NCBI RefSeq assembly: GCF_001194135.2
Contig: NC_068998.1
Span: forward strand, 835,284 to 899,283
Direction of reading: 5' to 3'
From: Octopus bimaculoides
Lineage: Eukaryota
DNA length: 64,000 bases
This document shows positions 61,639 through 64,000 of this stretch, in pieces. Positions within the stretch are counted from its first letter, which is position 1. Each line of letters opens with the position of its first letter. Under the pieces are notes generated by a model, which saw only the letters and a list, made by a program, of their open reading frames with translations, was not told the origin of the DNA and did not search any database. Position numbers and translations under genes: made by a program.

Positions 61639-63881
61639 GCGTGTGCGTGCGTGTGTGTGTGTACGTATGCATGTATGCATGTATGTGCCTGTGTACGTAA
61701 ATGCATGTGTGTGAATACACATACGTGCCCCCCCCCCCCCCCCACCATACAAACACATAAATTGAGGAAGAGATAGAAAAGGAGAGAGTAAGAACTAAAG
61801 AAAGAAACTATCTTCTTGTATTGCATAACATTTACGTAACGCGAGATATAAAACTCACACTGACGTATTATGCAATATTGTGTGCGTGTTGATAGTTATC
61901 TCGTGGTTGTCATACCACTACCACCACCACCACCACCACCATCACTCCAACTACCACTGCAACTAGTACCATCGTCACCATCATCATTATCATCATCATC
62001 ACCATTATCACTACAACGACACATTGCTTCCCTACAACGCAGCCATTATGCTGTCTTTCACTGATGAAACACTTGTGTAATGTTAACAACCACAGCAACA
62101 ACAGCATCAGATCACCACTAACACCACTGCCGCCACAACCAATACTGGCACTAATGCCACCATCTCTGCCACTCACCACTAACATCAACACCACCAGTGT
62201 TTACCACTGCCACTACACCTCCAGCACCACCACTGCACAACCCTCACCACCACTATCAAAATCACCACAACCACCACCACTACAACCGCCACTACTACTG
62301 CTACTATTACAACAGTATACCACCACCGCCACTACTGCCACTACACCACCATTACCCAGAATGCAAGAAAACTTGTAAAAGACATCAGTGGAAAGTAACG
62401 AGGGAGGTATTTGTGTTTCCTCCCAGAATATCTTTGGCACCAATTACGATAAAAGCAGGAGTGACTCACAGACAGACAGACAGACAGACAGGCAGGCTGG
62501 CTGACAGGCAGATTTTTATAAAGAATATGAATGAGCCAAACATTGGAACTGGTTGCAAGGCATCTCTGCAAGGGATTAATGCAAAAATAGACAAGACAAC
62601 TTTCGGTATTGCCAAGAGATCAGTCTTCAGACTTCTTCCACGGACTAATATTCATCTCTTCGTTTTTCTGACCGATCCTCAGATTGTTCTTCCTGTCGTC
62701 TCCGATCCCACCTCTTCTTTTTTTTAAAGGGTCGTAGACGTGGATTATGTCTTGACCAGAAGCGTCATTATCTCTCCCTTTTAAAACAATATTCTCAAAT
62801 GTGTTAGCCTTGTCCCTTCAGCTTAAACAGTACACTCATAACTGGTCCCTAAAGCCAATACCAATTCCTACGTTATGTTCCAGAACTGTATAGTTGAACA
62901 TTTTCTCCAATTCTTTGGGGGACAAATTATCGTCTGTTAGGACTTCGGCTTTAGTTTAGAGTTATTTTCTTTCTTGCTGGTCCTTTCCAAAAAATATCCC
63001 ATCGATGAAACTTGACATGTGTAGAGCGACAGATCCCTAAATATAGTCGCTTCATCATTCTCAAGGTCCTTCTCTGGCGTTATTCTATTCTTCCTCATTA
63101 TGTTTAGGAATTTCTGTTTAAAAAGCTTTTGTGGTCCTAATGTGGGTATTTCATATTAGTTTTCTAGTTGCGTTTGGCCTACTAGTCTTTGATATCGTGG
63201 TAATATACGTTTTTCGCAGATCTGAGTGGCATATTGTATATATGCAGTCATTATTTGCTTGCTTTCCTGTCTACTCTTGCGATTCCATTTAGCTTAATTA
63301 ACTAGTTTTGCAATGGATTGGCAGAATTGTTAGTGGGTCGAACAAAACACTGCGCAGAATTTAATTATGGACCTTTGAATCTCGATTTCAAATCTCACCG
63401 AAGTCAACTTTGTTCTTTAGTCTTCCATTAAAGGCGCGTGAGCGCAGTATTAGAGTGATGTGTTTGTGTATATTATATTCCACTAGAATTATATACAAAT
63501 TAGCAATTCCAGTTTATTTCTTCGACGCAGTTCTTTGTAATGTTGACGTCAGAAGACCAAATGTTTGCAGTCTTTTATACAATCTAAATGATTCTCGTTT
63601 AGCCGCATCTCTCTTGGTTATGAAATTCTACCTTTGCCGTTCACCTACCATCTAACCTGTTAACTATTTGGAAAACTCTCAGAATTATTTCCTTCAGCTG
63701 TAAGAACTGTAATTCCATCGACCGATTTCTGTTCAGATAGTTCTGAGTTATTTCACGATCTTTCTGATTTAGACTTTGTAATTTGAAGTCTGAAGAATCA
63801 AGATATATGTCAGGACACAACTTAAAATGTCAATCCATCCATCCATCCATCCATCCATCCATCCATCCATCCATATATATG

Positions 63882-63932
<51 letters not shown>

Positions 63933-64000
63933 AGAGTAGTTAAGGCTTTGTAGGTCATAGGAAGGTAAGTTGTCGGTCTGGAGAATGGTTTTTTCAAGCC

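Noticed and set aside
2028-63655. Most ORFs in the supplied track (poly-X, YIYI, CVCV, HTHT, ERER, poly-H/I/N/D)
   Set aside because: They are translations of N-gaps and microsatellites, with no coding signal or splice context.

Overview
Eukaryotic, AT-rich, microsatellite-saturated genomic DNA with about 11 N-gaps (~4 kb). The repeat landscape resembles an octopus/cephalopod draft assembly; this is an inference, not proven. The only intact protein-coding gene I can support is a + strand Haspin (GSG2) histone H3-T3 kinase. I reconstructed it as 12 coding exons (34709-46805, 973 aa, all splice phases consistent), with a probable non-coding first exon and a cell-cycle-type promoter near 32.25-32.45 kb. 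Downstream is an alternating cluster of five tRNA genes (Asn+, Phe-, Asn+, Phe-, Asn+; 49.4-53.4 kb). The rest is decayed mobile DNA: R4/Dong-clade, RTE-clade, CRE-clade and CR1/Jockey-type LINE fragments, a mariner fragment, several tRNA-derived SINE families, MITE-like inverted repeats and simple repeats. Most ORFs in the supplied track are microsatellite or gap artefacts. I found no clearly novel multi-gene system. The most interesting signals are two hammerhead-ribozyme-like motifs (one in a Haspin intron), CRE-clade retroelement fragments, a Dong element apparently split into three collinear pieces over 17 kb, long hairpins, and short linear motifs in the Haspin N-terminus.
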